64,000 nucleotides of DNA from Lachnospiraceae bacterium (GCA_017483735.1 JAFUVF010000004.1:3186-67185), one strand, 5' to 3'; positions 1-8,716 are shown, numbered from the stretch's first letter. The notes: a model not told the origin generated them from the letters alone. A program made the numbers and translations.

Positions 1-45
1 GCTTTATACCATATGCGGCGGAAACATAGCATATTCCGCCGGACT

Positions 46-741
46 TTAGTTTATTCCTATCATATATATCCCCTTTGCATGCCCCTTTGCGAGAGATGCA
101 ATGAGCTCTGATATATTCCTTTGCGGAAGGGATGCCCTGCCGCCTGTGTAGGCATTGTGAGCGACATAGGCTTCCTCTCCCCTGTAGTCGTTTTCCTTCG
201 AAATATTTATGGTATGCACCATCTTCGTGATATCCCGCCCATCGTTGTAATATACGAGAATCAGGGTTTTACTGCGCCCTGCTACGGCTTCAAACTCCTC
301 TATATGCGTGGTGGTTTCTATCCTGTATCCTCTTTTTTTCAGATAATCCGCTATGGCCTTCGGAGATGAGCCGAATTTCCCGGAGAGGACGATTCCATCC
401 CTCTCGAATTCGACGAGCAACTCCTTAAATTCCAGAGTCCCCAGCTTCTTTAAGCTCCTGAGCGCATTGTACAGCGCTATGACCTCACAGCCGCAATAGC
501 CCACGGAATATTTTCCGTAGCGAAGATCCGAATAGTTGAACTGATCCTCGATATATCCTGAAGTCCTTGCCGTCCGTTCTTTAAGCCTGATAAGCGCCTG
601 TCTGTCGTTAAGTGCCTTTCTGAAATCCCCTTCATTTCTTTTATATGCACCATGCAGCGCCTTCCCCAGCTTTCGCAGGAATTCGTAGAAGGCGATAAAG
701 GTATCGTTTGATATGTACTTTGGAATAAAACCCTTAAGCAT
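46..741 (-). CDS. hypothetical protein, possibly a papain-like/C39-like cysteine peptidase fold
   Basis: 231-aa ORF lying 36 bp downstream of, and co-directional with, the CpaB-like gene. The motif VGYCGCEVIALYNAL offers a candidate nucleophile Cys, with His residues later (VHTINIS, AHNAY). I recognise no confident family. Confidence 0.4.
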   Translation of the reverse strand: MLKGFIPKYISNDTFIAFYEFLRKLGKALHGAYKRNEGDFRKALNDRQALIRLKERTARTSGYIEDQFNYSDLRYGKYSVGYCGCEVIALYNALRSLKKLGTLEFKELLVEFERDGIVLSGKFGSSPKAIADYLKKRGYRIETTTHIEEFEAVAGRSKTLILVYYNDGRDITKMVHTINISKENDYRGEEAYVAHNAYTGGRASLPQRNISELIASLAKGHAKGIYMIGIN

Positions 742-777
742 ACCGCTATTATACTATATTCGCAGGCACCTTTTCAA

Positions 778-1434
778 TCACTGCAGAGCCTTTACCGCTC
801 GCAGGTTTCCGCTTTCAAGTCCGGTGTAGAAGCTTTCCACATCCGCCTTCTCCATATACAGATTTATACGCTTTGCGCTCGTCCTGTTATTTCCGGCGTC
901 TATGGCTCTCCCCTCCTCATCGAAGGTCTGCACCACATATATATTGCTCCATCTAAGCCGCACATTTCCTTCCTCGTCGCTTCCATATATATGTATTCTG
1001 TCGCCTCCTCTCAGGATTCCGTTGTCGAGCTGGTATAGATCCTCCGCCTTAAGTCCCACAACCACCGGAGCCTTCATACCTTTCACGGGATCCTGATTTT
1101 CCTTAAACATACCCAGAGTCAGAATGCTTCCCTTGTCGATATCGCAGACTGCCATCATGCCCTTTATCTCCGAGGACATCCTTATCCCTGATGCAGGTAT
1201 GAGTTCATCTGCAATTTCCGTCTTCTTCATATAATTAAGTAAATTATCCTCGTCTATAACAGTTCCTGCGGGTATTGTATTTATTGCAACATACACATCC
1301 CCTGCGGAGGCCTCCGCCAATATGCTCCTTTTTGCGTACAGCATAATGATAAACACCGCTATGGCCATTATCAGCGCAAGCGACACACTCCCTATGCATA
1401 TTTCCTTGATTTTGCTTTCATTTATTCTATTCAT
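778..1434 (-). CDS. Flp pilus assembly protein CpaB/RcpC-like (N-terminal TM anchor plus SAF domain)
   Basis: 218 aa with one N-terminal TM helix (ICIGSVSLALIMAIAVFIIMLY). This is followed by a SAF-like segment (VYVAINTIPAGTVIDEDNL), as in CpaB proteins of Tad loci. It sits directly after two T2SS-F-like membrane proteins. Confidence 0.55.
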   Translation of the reverse strand: MNRINESKIKEICIGSVSLALIMAIAVFIIMLYAKRSILAEASAGDVYVAINTIPAGTVIDEDNLLNYMKKTEIADELIPASGIRMSSEIKGMMAVCDIDKGSILTLGMFKENQDPVKGMKAPVVVGLKAEDLYQLDNGILRGGDRIHIYGSDEEGNVRLRWSNIYVVQTFDEEGRAIDAGNNRTSAKRINLYMEKADVESFYTGLESGNLRAVKALQ

Positions 1435-1453
1435 TTTTTTCTCCTTTGTCTGC

Positions 1454-2293
1454 CTATTTCAATATTGATGCGTCTATAATTCCGATGATCCCTGCGGACA
1501 AAAACACCATGCAGCCCGCCAGAATAACGCCCATTCTGTACATCATCAGCTCTCCTTCAAGCTTCTGTTCCCTCCTGAAGGAAACCACATCCCTTAACTC
1601 AGACAGCTCCGCATATAACTCCTCCATCACATCCTCATTCCCCTTGCTGTCAAGCTCCCTCATCATTGTTATGCAGAAGGAATCAATGTATTCACAGTCA
1701 AAGCACTCTCTGAATGTGGTAAGCGCCGTTATTGTATCTTCACTCCTCTTAATATCCTCGGAAAGCTTGTCAAATGCGTCCCTTAGCCTTTTCATACAGG
1801 CTAACTGTTCCGTCTCCATAAGCGCCTCCCTTAAGGAGAGTCCGGAGCTGCACATATTTATGATATTTTTGTATATTCTCAAAAGTACATAGGCTATTTT
1901 CTCGTTGTCCGTGGAATTTCCGATATGCAGATACGCCAACGGAAGAAGCATCCCTGCCAGAAATCCTGCGAAGCCCATATAGATATTTACCAGCCCAAGC
2001 AGCATAAAAAGCAGCGTTCCACACAATATCTGCATTGAAAAGAAGCTCCCTATAGAAGCGTCCTTTATTCCGTGATACGACGCTCCCAGCTTCTTAAGCT
2101 TTCTTTCAAGGCGCTCAAATATTCGCACATTCCTCTGTCTGACCTCATATTCCGTCAACACACCGTTTCCGTCTATTATTCTGGTTTCCTGATTTGCTCC
2201 TGAAAAGAGAAGTCCCAGCACCAATGCAAGCCCCATTATGACAGCAGGCAGCAGGCAAAGCGCCAGCTGTAATCCCGACAAAACCATTTCCAT
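1454..2293 (-). CDS. type II secretion system F-domain membrane protein (TadC-like)
   Basis: 279 aa with N- and C-terminal TM helices flanking a helical cytoplasmic domain, the topology of TadB/TadC (GspF-like). Its start overlaps the stop of the upstream TadB-like ORF at 2293. Confidence 0.45.
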   Translation of the reverse strand: MEMVLSGLQLALCLLPAVIMGLALVLGLLFSGANQETRIIDGNGVLTEYEVRQRNVRIFERLERKLKKLGASYHGIKDASIGSFFSMQILCGTLLFMLLGLVNIYMGFAGFLAGMLLPLAYLHIGNSTDNEKIAYVLLRIYKNIINMCSSGLSLREALMETEQLACMKRLRDAFDKLSEDIKRSEDTITALTTFRECFDCEYIDSFCITMMRELDSKGNEDVMEELYAELSELRDVVSFRREQKLEGELMMYRMGVILAGCMVFLSAGIIGIIDASILK

Positions 2294-2841
2294 CAGGCAC
2301 CACCTCCGTTCCTTTCAAAGCGGATAAGCTTGACGCAGTACAAAATGATCAGTCCGAGGATAATAAAGGACAGCATTCTTCCGATAGCAGTATCAAGCAC
2401 GACATATTCCACGGGAAATCTTGCCGCAAGGGATAGAACTATTCCGCTTATGATGAGCAAAAATATTACTCCGAGCATTTCCTTTGCAGCATCAATAATG
2501 AGGAGCCTGCTTTTTCTCCTGTTCTTCATGCTCCTTCGGATATCCTTGCCATATTTACTGACGAAGCTGTTGATATCTCCTCCTCTTCTTTCCACAGCCT
2601 CCAGTCCAATGGCAAAATCATCCATGTACTGCGCCTTCAGGCTATCTGCCAGAAGTGCATACGCCTCCCGCCTTTTCATGCCCTTTTGCAGATTTCTCCC
2701 AAAATCCTCCAGAGGGCGTGATAATTCGCTCCCCATGTACTTTGCCACCTGTTCAAAGGCAAGGGGCAGGTTCTCCTCCGTGAGCTCATAATTCTGCAAA
2801 AAATCAAACAGTCTCACGGGATTGCCGTTTTCAGCAATCAT
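2293..2841 (-). CDS. type II secretion system F-domain membrane protein (TadB-like, short)
   Basis: 182 aa with a soluble helical N-terminal domain and two C-terminal TM helices. It is shorter than a typical TadB and is the first gene of the operon in this window. Confidence 0.4.
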   Translation of the reverse strand: MIAENGNPVRLFDFLQNYELTEENLPLAFEQVAKYMGSELSRPLEDFGRNLQKGMKRREAYALLADSLKAQYMDDFAIGLEAVERRGGDINSFVSKYGKDIRRSMKNRRKSRLLIIDAAKEMLGVIFLLIISGIVLSLAARFPVEYVVLDTAIGRMLSFIILGLIILYCVKLIRFERNGGGA

Positions 2842-2938
2842 AAATACTCCTTTCCGGTATTTAATTGTACGTTTATTCTCAGCCCAAATGAAAACGGTCG
2901 ATACGACCTCGAAATAGATAAACTATTTGCGTAAAGAC

Positions 2939-2968
2939 ATTATAAAACGGTTACCGACCAAAAGTCAA
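2939..2968 (-). promoter_or_regulatory. candidate sigma-70 promoter for the Tad-like operon (TTGACT-18-TATAAT)
   Basis: The minus strand reads TTGACT (2963-2968), an 18-nt spacer, then TATAAT (2939-2944). This lies about 95 nt upstream of the 2841 start. The -35 box overlaps the 3' end of the acetylesterase CDS. Confidence 0.45.
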
Positions 2969-3684
2969 TAACCGTTTTTCGCAAAAACATCATCCTCGGG
3001 AATCTCTGTAAGTATCATATCCTCATAGGGTTTCCCAAGCTCCTTTAGCCCCTCTGCTATCATACCAGCATATGTAAATGCCCCATAATATCTTAAATGC
3101 GTGTTATCCGCCTTCCCCTCCGGATGGGTAAGATACAGCCCCTCCCTAAAGTTCATATACAGCGCCTTACTCTCATCATCTCCAAGCCTTGTAAGCAAAT
3201 CCCTGCTCTTTTTGCACAGGTCTATGACCGGTACGTTTTCTTTTCCGCCGAAATCAAGCTCCGCTTCGACATAGGGCGTGTGGGCGCTTGGCTTTAGCTT
3301 TCCCGTATCATCAAAAAGGCGCCTCTCTATTGGGGTCATTATCACGGGATATGCCGATACTGCTCTGGCAGTATCCGTAAAAAACTTAAGATTATCCCTA
3401 AAGCTTGTCTGCGGATCCGTGTAGCGCAGGGAATCCTCCTTCTTTTCATCATTATGTCCGAACTGTATAAATAGGAAATCCCCCTTGCCGATACCGGCCT
3501 GAACCGGCTTAAATCTGCTCTCGTCTATGAAGCTCTTGGTGCTCCTGCCGTTCTTTGCAAGGTTTATGACCTGATACTCGGGCTTTAAAAATATGGGAAG
3601 CACCTGTCCTATCCCTGTCTGTGGGAATTTCAGATGTACATTGGTCTGAACCGTGGAATCTCCGATATAATATACTTTAGGCAT
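2965..3684 (-). CDS. rhgT: rhamnogalacturonan acetylesterase (SGNH/GDSL hydrolase, CE12-like)
   Basis: 239 aa carrying the SGNH blocks IGDSTVQ (block I), GRSTKSF (II), FGHND (III) and DNTHL (V). The overall pattern matches Bacillus RhgT/YesT. Confidence 0.8.
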   Translation of the reverse strand: MPKVYYIGDSTVQTNVHLKFPQTGIGQVLPIFLKPEYQVINLAKNGRSTKSFIDESRFKPVQAGIGKGDFLFIQFGHNDEKKEDSLRYTDPQTSFRDNLKFFTDTARAVSAYPVIMTPIERRLFDDTGKLKPSAHTPYVEAELDFGGKENVPVIDLCKKSRDLLTRLGDDESKALYMNFREGLYLTHPEGKADNTHLRYYGAFTYAGMIAEGLKELGKPYEDMILTEIPEDDVFAKNGY

Positions 3685-3704
3685 TTCCTTCTCCTTTGCG
3701 ATAC

Positions 3705-3737
3705 CAAAAATAGAGCCAACCCTTTGGCTGGCTCTAT
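3705..3737 (-). terminator. rho-independent terminator after ABC operon 1
   Basis: On the minus strand, a stem ATAGAGCCAGCC/GGTTGGCTCTAT is followed by TTTTT. It sits immediately downstream of the permease stop at 3775. Confidence 0.6.
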
Positions 3738-3774
3738 TCTATCATACTGAATTATTATCCGCAATGCACAGAAA

Positions 3775-4638
3775 TTACTCTTTTACGGCACCTATATTCA
3801 CACCTGTTACGAAATACTTCTGCAGGAACGGATACAGAGCCATGAAAGGAAGCACCGCCACTACGATAGCTGCATAGTACAGGGTATTCTGGGATACCTT
3901 GTATGCAGAGGTAGGCGTATCTCCGTCCATGACGAGGACTCTTAGGATATACTGGAAGTTTACCTGGTCTCTGTCTACGATGTAAATCTGAACAGTTGAG
4001 TAGTCGTTCCACACCGTAACCGCATACATAAGTCCGATGGATGCTAACGCTGCCTTGGAAAGGGGAAGCACTATCTTAAAGAAGATTCCCATAGGGGAGC
4101 AGCCATCTATCTTCGCCGCCTCAAAGAGAGAGCCGGGTATGCCTTCAAAGAAGTTTCTCATAAGCACAAGGTTGTAAACGTTCATACCGTGCTTGACAAC
4201 CAATATCCACATATTGTTAGTCAAATGAAGCTGTCTCATAACCAAGTACTCGGGAATCATGCCTCCGGAGAATATCATGGTAAAGAGAAGGAAGAACGCC
4301 AATGCGTTACGTCCGGGCATCTCAAACTGGCAGAGCACATAACCTCCCAGAGTACTCATAATAAGTCCGAGGAGTGTTCCCAAAACCGTGGTAATTACAG
4401 AGTTAAGGAAGGGTCTGTACAGCTTCTGTGTGCCGAAGATTGTGAGATATCCGGCAGCCGTGGGCTGTGAAGGCCAAAGCTTAAACTGGTATACACCCAC
4501 CGCATTGAAGGAATCCACTATAACCTTCCAGATAGGTATGATGACTATGAGTGCAACAATAACAAATACTATGTAGTTTACAACGTCGAAAACATGAACC
4601 TTTTTCTTGGGCTGTCTGAATTCTATATCTTTTGCCAT
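3775..4638 (-). CDS. carbohydrate ABC transporter permease (LplC/YtcP-like), copy 1
   Basis: 287 aa and multi-TM, with the EAA-type loop FEAAKIDGCSPMGIFFKIVLPL. It is a paralogue of 11510-12373. Confidence 0.9.
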   Translation of the reverse strand: MAKDIEFRQPKKKVHVFDVVNYIVFVIVALIVIIPIWKVIVDSFNAVGVYQFKLWPSQPTAAGYLTIFGTQKLYRPFLNSVITTVLGTLLGLIMSTLGGYVLCQFEMPGRNALAFFLLFTMIFSGGMIPEYLVMRQLHLTNNMWILVVKHGMNVYNLVLMRNFFEGIPGSLFEAAKIDGCSPMGIFFKIVLPLSKAALASIGLMYAVTVWNDYSTVQIYIVDRDQVNFQYILRVLVMDGDTPTSAYKVSQNTLYYAAIVVAVLPFMALYPFLQKYFVTGVNIGAVKE

Positions 4639-4652
4639 TTTTCAAGCCCTCC

Positions 4653-5612
4653 TTATATAATACCGCGTCCGCGGACTTTTTTACTTGCCCAGTTGCAGAC
4701 AAGCACGAGCATACAGCCAACAAGTGACTTGAAGAGACCAACCGCAGTCGTATATCCATAGTTGGGTATTGCGGAAAGGAAGGTCTTTCTGTATACGTAT
4801 GTGGATATAACATCAGATACATCCAACACACGGGTATTGTACATAACGAATACAGACTCGAACATATTGAGCACCTTTGCAAGATTAAGGATAAGTACGA
4901 TAAGTACTGTGTTTGCAAGGGCGGGTACTGTTACATACCATATCTTCTGCATTCTGGTTGCGCCGTCTATGTCGGCCGCCTCATAGAGCTCGGGATTGAT
5001 ACCTGAAAGTGTTGCAAGGAAGATAACTGTTCCCCAACCTGTCTCCTTCCAGATATTTACCAGATAGAACACCGGACGCCACAGTGCAGGCTCATGTAGG
5101 AAGTCAATGCTCTCCGTGATAAGCCCCCATTCCTTTAAGGTCTCATTTATCATACCTGTGGATGATGCGGAGAGGAAAAGGGTAAATATAGCCGCCGTAA
5201 CTGTCCATGACATAAAGTGGGGCAGATAGATGACCGTCTGCAAAGCCTTCTTTGCAAGTAGATTACCCATCTCATTTATAAATACCGATACGATGACAGA
5301 TGTTGCCGTCGTTATTATCAATTTCATTATTGAAAGCTGGAGCGTGTTGAAGAAGGAGCGCCAGAAGTCTGACGAATCCTTGCCGAAGAACATGCTCTGG
5401 AAATGCTTGAAGCCTACAAATTCAATTTTCTTAAGTGTGTAATCATAGAACGAATAGCGTACGCCTAACATAGGCCAATAATAAATTATAAGCACATAGA
5501 TAAGAACCGGCAGGAACATTATATAGTAGCCTCTATGGTTCCATATCCGCGTTCCTAAAGGTTTGTGACGGATAACGGTTCCGTCTTCCGTTGCGAGAAC
5601 TTTTTTACTCAT
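4653..5612 (-). CDS. sugar ABC transporter permease (LplB/YteP-like), copy 1
   Basis: 319 aa with the EAA loop YEAADIDGATRMQKIWYVTVPAL. It is a paralogue of 10533-11495. Confidence 0.9.
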   Translation of the reverse strand: MSKKVLATEDGTVIRHKPLGTRIWNHRGYYIMFLPVLIYVLIIYYWPMLGVRYSFYDYTLKKIEFVGFKHFQSMFFGKDSSDFWRSFFNTLQLSIMKLIITTATSVIVSVFINEMGNLLAKKALQTVIYLPHFMSWTVTAAIFTLFLSASSTGMINETLKEWGLITESIDFLHEPALWRPVFYLVNIWKETGWGTVIFLATLSGINPELYEAADIDGATRMQKIWYVTVPALANTVLIVLILNLAKVLNMFESVFVMYNTRVLDVSDVISTYVYRKTFLSAIPNYGYTTAVGLFKSLVGCMLVLVCNWASKKVRGRGII

Positions 5613-5663
5613 ATGTACACCCTGCCTTTTGATAGTTTTTTTACTAATACCTTTGAAAATTTT

Positions 5664-5693
5664 GTCCCGTCGGGACTCCCGAGGAGGAGTCCC
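5664..5693 (-). promoter_or_regulatory. intercistronic stem-loop between the SBP and permease genes (copy 1)
   Basis: The mRNA strand forms GGGACUCC-UCCUCG-GGAGUCCC (8-bp GC-rich stem) followed by an A/U-rich stretch. An alternative small hairpin (GUCCC/GGGAC) shares one arm with it. Confidence 0.5.
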
Positions 5694-5715
5694 AAACGGA
5701 ACGGAAAATCATAGA

Positions 5716-7374
5716 TTACTGTGCATTGAGCTCGTCAAGTATGGTCTGAGCGGTGTCGCCCCACTTTGCCTGATACTCAGCAATAGCGTCAGCGCCGGTC
5801 TTCTTGCCGGTAACAACCTCGTTCATAAGCTTGGTCTTGTCACTTACGATATCAGAGTTTACCTCGGTAAGAGTATCGGAAGCTGCTGCCTGAGGAGCAT
5901 CTACGCAGTTCTCGGTAAAGAACTTGTTACCCTTCTCAACAAGGGGATCGCTATCAACGAAGCCGTTGGTAAGAGGTGCAATAACAAGGACTGCATCAAG
6001 GTGATTCTTCTTCCAGATGGAGTTAGGATCGTTGGGAGTGGGTCTCAAGTGGAACTGACCATCCTCATACTTGTACTCCTTCTTCTTCTCAGGGTCATCA
6101 GGGTTGGTAACGAACTCCTCAGCCTTGGTAGACCAGTGAACATCCTCAGCACCATAGGTCCAGAGAGTCTGTACCTTGTCGCCGTCAAGCATGGTGTCAA
6201 GAAGTGCATCGAAGATAGCCTGCTCACGGGAATCATCTCCGTCGCCATCATCAGTGATTACCCAAACGGGAGCCTCACGGTTGATGTAGCCGCCCCAGGT
6301 ATCCTTGATCTCCTTGATAGGAGGAAGCTGTACGAGTCTGTCATCGCCGAGCTCGGAATCTACTTCCTGCTTCTCCATGTTGTCGGTAAGAGTTCTGAGC
6401 CATGTACCTGCCCAATAAGTGAACACACCTTCGGAAGTGGTCTGATCGTTGGAGAAGAACTTCTCACGAGCGATCTTTGTGGTAGCTTCCTCAGTATCCT
6501 TATCAATGAGGCCATCCTTGTATGCGGTTGCAAGTCTGTCAAGCGCATCGATGGTAGCCTGCTCCTGGAAACCGTCTACCCAAGTGCCGTCCTTCTGATA
6601 GAAAGAAGGATAAGCACCCTGCCAGAACTCGGGCATGTAGTTGATGTAAGGAGCCTCGTCAAGCTTACCGAAGCCTGCTGCGATAACGCCGGTGGTCTTT
6701 CCGTTGGAGAAAGCCTTGAGCATATTGTAGTAGTCATCATAAGTCTTGATGTCATCGATCTTAAGTCCTGCTGCATCAAGCCAAGACTGCTTTACATAGG
6801 TAACGCATCCGTTTCCGTATGTAGGAGCGAATCCATAAAGCTCTCCGGAGGAGGTCTTCATGTTCTCATTGATTGAAGGAAGAGTGATCCTTGACTGGAA
6901 CTCTGCATTTGCATATGCGTCAGCGAGGTTCCAAAGGATACCGGTTGACTGATACTGTCTGAACATGGTAGCGCTCATAATGAGTGCATCGGGATAGCTT
7001 CCGTCTCCGGGCTGTCCGGTGGTAAGAAGCTGGGATACCTTATCAGAGTATCCTGAGTGCTCAGGCTGATTGATGTGAAGCTTAATGGGATGTCCGATCC
7101 TCTCGGAAACTGCTGCTTCCCACTGCTCAACGAAAGCATCCTGTCTGTTGTCTACGTTAGCGGTTACGGTACCGTCAACTGTGATGTAGAGATCCTCAAG
7201 TACATAAGGCTCTGCCTCAGTAGTTGTGGTGTTTCCACCATCGGTGGAAGTGGTGGTGCTTCCGCTGTTGCCGGAATCAGTAGATCCACCGTTATCGGTA
7301 GAGGTACCGCCGCAGGCTGCAAGAGATGCAACCATAGCAGAAGCGAGAAGTAATGCTAATACTTTCTTCTTCAT
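5716..7374 (-). CDS. extracellular solute-binding lipoprotein (LplA/YtcQ-type, family 1), copy 1
   Basis: 552 aa with lipoprotein signal MKKKVLALLLASAMVASLAACGG and a Ser/Thr/Gly-rich linker. It is the first gene of the operon and a paralogue of 8757-10436. Confidence 0.9.
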   Translation of the reverse strand: MKKKVLALLLASAMVASLAACGGTSTDNGGSTDSGNSGSTTTSTDGGNTTTTEAEPYVLEDLYITVDGTVTANVDNRQDAFVEQWEAAVSERIGHPIKLHINQPEHSGYSDKVSQLLTTGQPGDGSYPDALIMSATMFRQYQSTGILWNLADAYANAEFQSRITLPSINENMKTSSGELYGFAPTYGNGCVTYVKQSWLDAAGLKIDDIKTYDDYYNMLKAFSNGKTTGVIAAGFGKLDEAPYINYMPEFWQGAYPSFYQKDGTWVDGFQEQATIDALDRLATAYKDGLIDKDTEEATTKIAREKFFSNDQTTSEGVFTYWAGTWLRTLTDNMEKQEVDSELGDDRLVQLPPIKEIKDTWGGYINREAPVWVITDDGDGDDSREQAIFDALLDTMLDGDKVQTLWTYGAEDVHWSTKAEEFVTNPDDPEKKKEYKYEDGQFHLRPTPNDPNSIWKKNHLDAVLVIAPLTNGFVDSDPLVEKGNKFFTENCVDAPQAAASDTLTEVNSDIVSDKTKLMNEVVTGKKTGADAIAEYQAKWGDTAQTILDELNAQ

Positions 7375-7412
7375 TTCTTTCCTCCCTGTTTAATGAATGA
7401 AATGGTATAATT
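7226..7412. repeat. IR-L: high-identity core of the inverted repeat (5' UTR/SD plus first ~50 codons of SBP1)
   Basis: The reverse complement matches 8717-8908 with about 5 substitutions, a 1-nt indel and a 3-nt indel by hand alignment. This includes a perfect run of about 96 nt from AACAGGGAGGAAAGAA through codon 27. Confidence 0.85.
7403..7411 (+). promoter_or_regulatory. inward-facing extended -10 element TGgTATAAT inside IR-L
   Basis: The plus strand reads TGGTATAAT, pointing into the recombinase cassette and antisense to the recombinase 3' end. It is the mirror copy of the element at 8718-8726. Confidence 0.4.
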
Positions 7413-7437
7413 TATGCAGGAACAATTTCCCACACAA
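7410..7437 (-). promoter_or_regulatory. candidate promoter for ABC operon 1 (TTGTGT-16-TGcATAAAT)
   Basis: On the minus strand the -35 is TTGTGT (7432-7437), followed by a 16-nt spacer ending in TGc, then the -10 ATAAAT (7410-7415). The -10 straddles the boundary between unique spacer DNA and IR-L. Confidence 0.45.
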
Positions 7438-7560
7438 TGCAATCATATCATTATTGTGTCGTTTAGGCAAGAAATTTTTGTCAAAAAGCAATAAAAAACA
7501 CTTGAAATTTACGCCGTTTTTTCGTTATTTTTTTGACAAATCCCTGACTGTCCAGAGCCA

Positions 7561-8622
7561 TTATGGAGCCAAGCCGTATTCATCATTAAGCTTTTGCGCC
7601 AACTCCCTCTGTTTTCCGGGATATAAATGCGAATATGTGTCCAAAGTGGTCTCTATCTTTTCGTGTCCCAGCCTCTCCGCAATGAGAAGCGGCGTCACGC
7701 CCATTTCTATGAGAAGTGATGCGTGGGAATGCCTGAGGTCATGCACCCTTATCCTATGAAGCTTTGCCATGTCAGCATGCCGTTTCAGCGAATATTCTAT
7801 ATGAAAGCGGCTTACTCCAAAAATTCTTCCGTCATCGGGGCAACCCTTTCTTATTATATATTCTGCAACAGCATAACACAAGAAGTCCGGCAGAGTAACC
7901 GCCCTCACGCCTTTTTTTGACTTTGGCGGAGTCGTCACATCCTGTCCCTTTATGCGTTGATATGATTTTGTTATGCTTATACTCCCCTCCTCGGTATTGA
8001 TATCATTCGGTGTCAGAGCCAGAAGCTCTCCCACTCTCATTCCTGTCCAGTACAGCAATAGGAAGATAAGCCTGTCGGCATAATCCTCATCCGAAGAAAG
8101 GGTCTTTATAAAGACTTCAAATTCTTCCCTCGTCCAAAAGTTCAGCTCCTTCGTCTTGTTATTTCCTATGCTTCCTGCCCTCCTGCACGGATTGTCATTT
8201 AGTCCGTAATACTTTTCGGCATACGAGAAAAGTGCCTTAAGCTGGCTGTTTAACTGCTTTAAATACGTGGGCGAATACTCCCTTTTAAGCATTTCGTTCT
8301 GCCAGCCTCTGATGTCCGGCGGTTTGATATCGCACAGGTACATGTTTTTAAAGTACGGTATTATGTGCTTTTCGAACAAATACCGCTTGCCCCTGACTGT
8401 ATTCACACGAAGCCGTACATCCATATCGTCAAGATACAGTCTTGCAAACTCATCAAACCTTACACTCATATATTTCTGCATGGATTCCTTGAAATTCTTT
8501 TCCCATTCAAGAGCATCCCGCTTACGCATAAATCCCCTTTTGTTTTTCTTGCGCCGAACCCCTTGCCAGTCCACATAATAGAACTGGCAGCGCCATTTCT
8601 TTCCGTCCTTGTTCGCAGACAT
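7561..8622 (-). CDS. site-specific tyrosine recombinase (phage integrase family)
   Basis: 353 aa with an N-terminal arm-type DNA-binding region (KKWRCQFYYVDWQG). The catalytic signature is present: WTGMRVGE (Arg), HDLRHSHAS (His-x-x-Arg) and LGHEKIETTLDTYSHLY (His ... Tyr). An AGGAGG sits 8 nt upstream of the ATG. Confidence 0.9.
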   Translation of the reverse strand: MSANKDGKKWRCQFYYVDWQGVRRKKNKRGFMRKRDALEWEKNFKESMQKYMSVRFDEFARLYLDDMDVRLRVNTVRGKRYLFEKHIIPYFKNMYLCDIKPPDIRGWQNEMLKREYSPTYLKQLNSQLKALFSYAEKYYGLNDNPCRRAGSIGNNKTKELNFWTREEFEVFIKTLSSDEDYADRLIFLLLYWTGMRVGELLALTPNDINTEEGSISITKSYQRIKGQDVTTPPKSKKGVRAVTLPDFLCYAVAEYIIRKGCPDDGRIFGVSRFHIEYSLKRHADMAKLHRIRVHDLRHSHASLLIEMGVTPLLIAERLGHEKIETTLDTYSHLYPGKQRELAQKLNDEYGLAP

Positions 8623-8716
8623 AATTTCCTCCTATCAAAAAATGAGAGCCAAAATGGAGCCACGGAAAAAATTGTCATAATTTAATCCGTCGATTCCCTT
8701 ATGAACCCTCGCCCCT

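Larger units (their letters stand above)
3775..7412. repeat. left arm of a ~3.6-kb inverted duplication (entire SBP-permease-permease operon)
   Basis: The reverse complement aligns gene for gene with 8717-12373. Nucleotide identity is mosaic: patches are near-identical (for example 4026-4218 versus 11930-12122, 6 mismatches in 193 nt by hand) and the SBP bodies are much more diverged. Confidence 0.9.

Noticed and set aside
5629-6876. A 415-aa ORF on the plus strand, and its mirror, a 314-aa ORF at 9159-10103 on the minus strand.
   Set aside because: Both lie entirely antisense to the two SBP genes and mirror each other because the genes are duplicated. They have low-complexity Leu/Val/Ser-rich composition and no RBS. 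They are shadow ORFs of strongly biased coding sequence.
7397-7759. A 120-aa ORF on the plus strand inside the recombinase cassette, downstream of the inward TGGTATAAT element.
   Set aside because: It has no Shine-Dalgarno sequence, and most of it is antisense to the recombinase 3' end. The composition is not protein-like. Any transcript here is more likely a non-coding antisense RNA. This has not been verified.
7563-8662. A 9-bp direct repeat ATGGAGCCA at 7563-7571 and 8654-8662, flanking the recombinase ORF. It could be a target-site duplication or att core.
   Set aside because: A single 9-mer match between two short flanks has a chance probability of several percent. One copy overlaps the recombinase stop region. 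There is no additional terminal repeat structure, so this is not enough to call an insertion.
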